From IMG/VR virus record IMGVR_UViG_3300027708_000067: 20,000 bases of DNA; one strand, written 5' to 3'. Source of the DNA: an uncultured virus (IMG/VR IMGVR_UViG_3300027708_000067). Its lineage: Duplodnaviria > Heunggongvirae > Uroviricota > Caudoviricetes. The position numbers were made by a program, and so were the translations under genes. This document shows, piece after piece, positions 18,603-20,000 of the stretch. Under the pieces are notes generated by a model that was given only the letters and a program-made list of their open reading frames with translations, was not told where the DNA came from and searched no databases. How positions within the stretch are numbered: position 1 is the first letter of the stretch; the number at the start of each line of letters is the position of its first letter.

Positions 18603-19585
18603 GCTATGAATCCTTCTCCTACGAGAATCGTGTTGTCTTCCCCAGTTGTTTCAATATGAACGCAGGACTGTGGGGCAATAGGCTCAATTAGTTTAATAAA
18701 CCGTCTTTTATGATGCACCTTTATCGGCGGCGAGACTTGGTCTTGTATTAATTGTAACCTAGATTTAAAAAATATTGTGAAACTTGGTTTAGAAGGATCG
18801 TGTAACACATTGATTCTATGGCCTAAAGATTCCAACAGACACTGTATCTGCAAAATAATAGGCTGGGTTGTGGCAGAAATTCTAAACCGGTCTTTACCTT
18901 TGGAATACTGGCGCGATTTGGCGTACAAAATTCCACGCAGCAATTCAATTCTTTGTTCTTTAGATGCTAAAAGGTAATTGTTTGGTATCCGTATTGGCAT
19001 ATTGCCAGCCAAATGCGATTCTATTGTAGGAAAAACTACAAACTCTCGTTCGCCGTTGGGAATTTTTTGGTATTCAGTAACCTGATACCCAGCGTCTTGA
19101 AATTGTTTATATATCTCCGGGGCAAATCCACGGGGTGAAGCCATGCGTTTGTTTTTTCGGCGGTTAAAAAACCAAAACCCAAATAGGAAAGGCGGGACCG
19201 GAAGGTCTTGGGTGGGGAAATCTAAGGGTTTTGTTGTGGGGACAGAGAACGAAAGCCTGTTTCGTCTATCCCGAAGACTGGTTTCTGTAAGGGTTGCTAT
19301 AGTTCTGGGGCGTAGTTTGCGCCGAAACTTTTGAATCCCTTTATACGCAGCTTCCTGAGTGCGGCATTTCTTTGTTTCTACCAGAAATCCAAGGTGTTGA
19401 TCCCCTGCCACGGATAGATGATCATCAAATACTACCTCATAGCACTGTTCGGCACGGTATTCTTGTACCAATTTTATTTGGACTATTTTTCCATCTTTAT
19501 CAAAGACATAGTCACCAGGCTGCAAGTTACGGGCAGCTTTCCAATAATCAAGGGTTAGTACTTTTTGGTTCGCTAATATGGCCAT
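18593..19585 (-). CDS. Free-standing intein-like protein (Hint-N + degenerate LAGLIDADG + Hint-C), catalytic residues lost
   Basis: Block A-like AILANQKVLTLDYWK..LQPGDYVFDKDG; block B-like CYEVVFDD..VAGDQH; endonuclease blocks LPVPPFLFGFWF, IPNNYLLASKEQRIELLRGIL and LLESLG; blocks F/G-like FIKLIEPI...HIET...ILVGEGFIACR*. Overlaps the terL start by 10 nt. Confidence 0.8.
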   Translation of the reverse strand: MAILANQKVLTLDYWKAARNLQPGDYVFDKDGKIVQIKLVQEYRAEQCYEVVFDDHLSVAGDQHLGFLVETKKCRTQEAAYKGIQKFRRKLRPRTIATLTETSLRDRRNRLSFSVPTTKPLDFPTQDLPVPPFLFGFWFFNRRKNKRMASPRGFAPEIYKQFQDAGYQVTEYQKIPNGEREFVVFPTIESHLAGNMPIRIPNNYLLASKEQRIELLRGILYAKSRQYSKGKDRFRISATTQPIILQIQCLLESLGHRINVLHDPSKPSFTIFFKSRLQLIQDQVSPPIKVHHKRRFIKLIEPIAPQSCVHIETTGEDNTILVGEGFIACR

Positions 19586-19856
19586 AGAAGTTTTGAAGGA
19601 CCCATTGGTCCAGAAAGTGCCCTAACGGCTCTCTAATATTGCGTTGGACTTTGTAAGGTAGCCTTTGTATGTCCAATGCGTCTTTGGTTAGTTTGAGACG
19701 GTATTCCAAGAAAGCAACTGTTTCTTTGTCAATAATTGACGCTGGAACATCTATCGTTTCAAAATTAATGAAGTTGGATACCAGCACTCGAAAACCGTGT
19801 AGCTTTCCATTGGCCTTTTCTATTGCCCCGGCAATTTGGTATACATATTCATTCAT
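19548..19856 (-). CDS. 102-aa hypothetical protein, probably leaderless
   Basis: Start reassigned to the ATG at 19856 (MNEYVYQ...), 6 nt after motif copy 4. Overlaps the intein-like gene by 38 nt. Confidence 0.65.
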   Translation of the reverse strand: MNEYVYQIAGAIEKANGKLHGFRVLVSNFINFETIDVPASIIDKETVAFLEYRLKLTKDALDIQRLPYKVQRNIREPLGHFLDQWVLQNFYGHISEPKSTNP

Positions 19857-19862
19857 ATATCC

Positions 19863-19892
19863 ACTAATGCAAATTATAGCCGTTTGCCGCCG
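19863..19892 (-). promoter_or_regulatory. Bipartite motif copy 4 (variant CGGCGGC-N12-TTTGCATTAGT)
   Basis: ACTAATGCAAA at 19863-19873, 12 nt, GCCGCCG at 19886-19892. Confidence 0.72.
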
Positions 19893-19917
19893 TAAATCCA
19901 AAAATAAACCCAAATTT

Positions 19918-20000
<83 letters not shown>

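Noticed and set aside
9738..19587. Plus-strand and alternate-frame ORFs overlapping capsid, portal and terminase genes
   Set aside because: They are nested in or antisense to well-supported genes and have no recognisable motifs or translation signals.
9999..19892. Sigma54 promoter reading of the GG...TTGC motif
   Set aside because: Sigma54 needs GG-N10-GC; here the nearest conserved GG is 16 nt from the GC.
19857..19913. 19-codon N-terminal extension of the rightmost ORF
   Set aside because: It would run through motif copy 4; the ATG at 19856 matches the spacing seen at copy 2.

Overview
Morphogenesis region of a tailed dsDNA phage (Caudoviricetes), with all genes on the minus strand. Reading right to left: 102-aa orphan; free-standing, catalytically degenerate intein/LAGLIDADG-like gene; terminase large subunit; 955-aa portal; two small proteins; GroES-like co-chaperonin; scaffold; conserved hypothetical; probable capsid cement protein; major capsid protein; terminator; several small virion-type genes; a 357-aa fibre-like protein; and a giant fibre-like ORF (start 7418, at least 2472 codons, running off the left edge and absent from the supplied ORF track) built of Gly-X-Ser tripeptides with a few small globular domains. 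Most interesting: (i) a bipartite 30-bp motif, GGGCGGA-N12-TTTGCATTAGT, occurs four times, always intergenic, and twice ends exactly 6 nt before an ATG (candidate phage late promoter with leaderless mRNAs); (ii) a complete intein-shaped gene with no exteins and with its splicing and nuclease catalytic residues lost sits where a small terminase is expected, suggesting domestication as a DNA-binding protein; (iii) the giant Pro-poor Gly-X-Ser fibre and its smaller paralogue each follow a short adaptor-like gene. Family assignments rest on motif recognition by eye, not on database searches.
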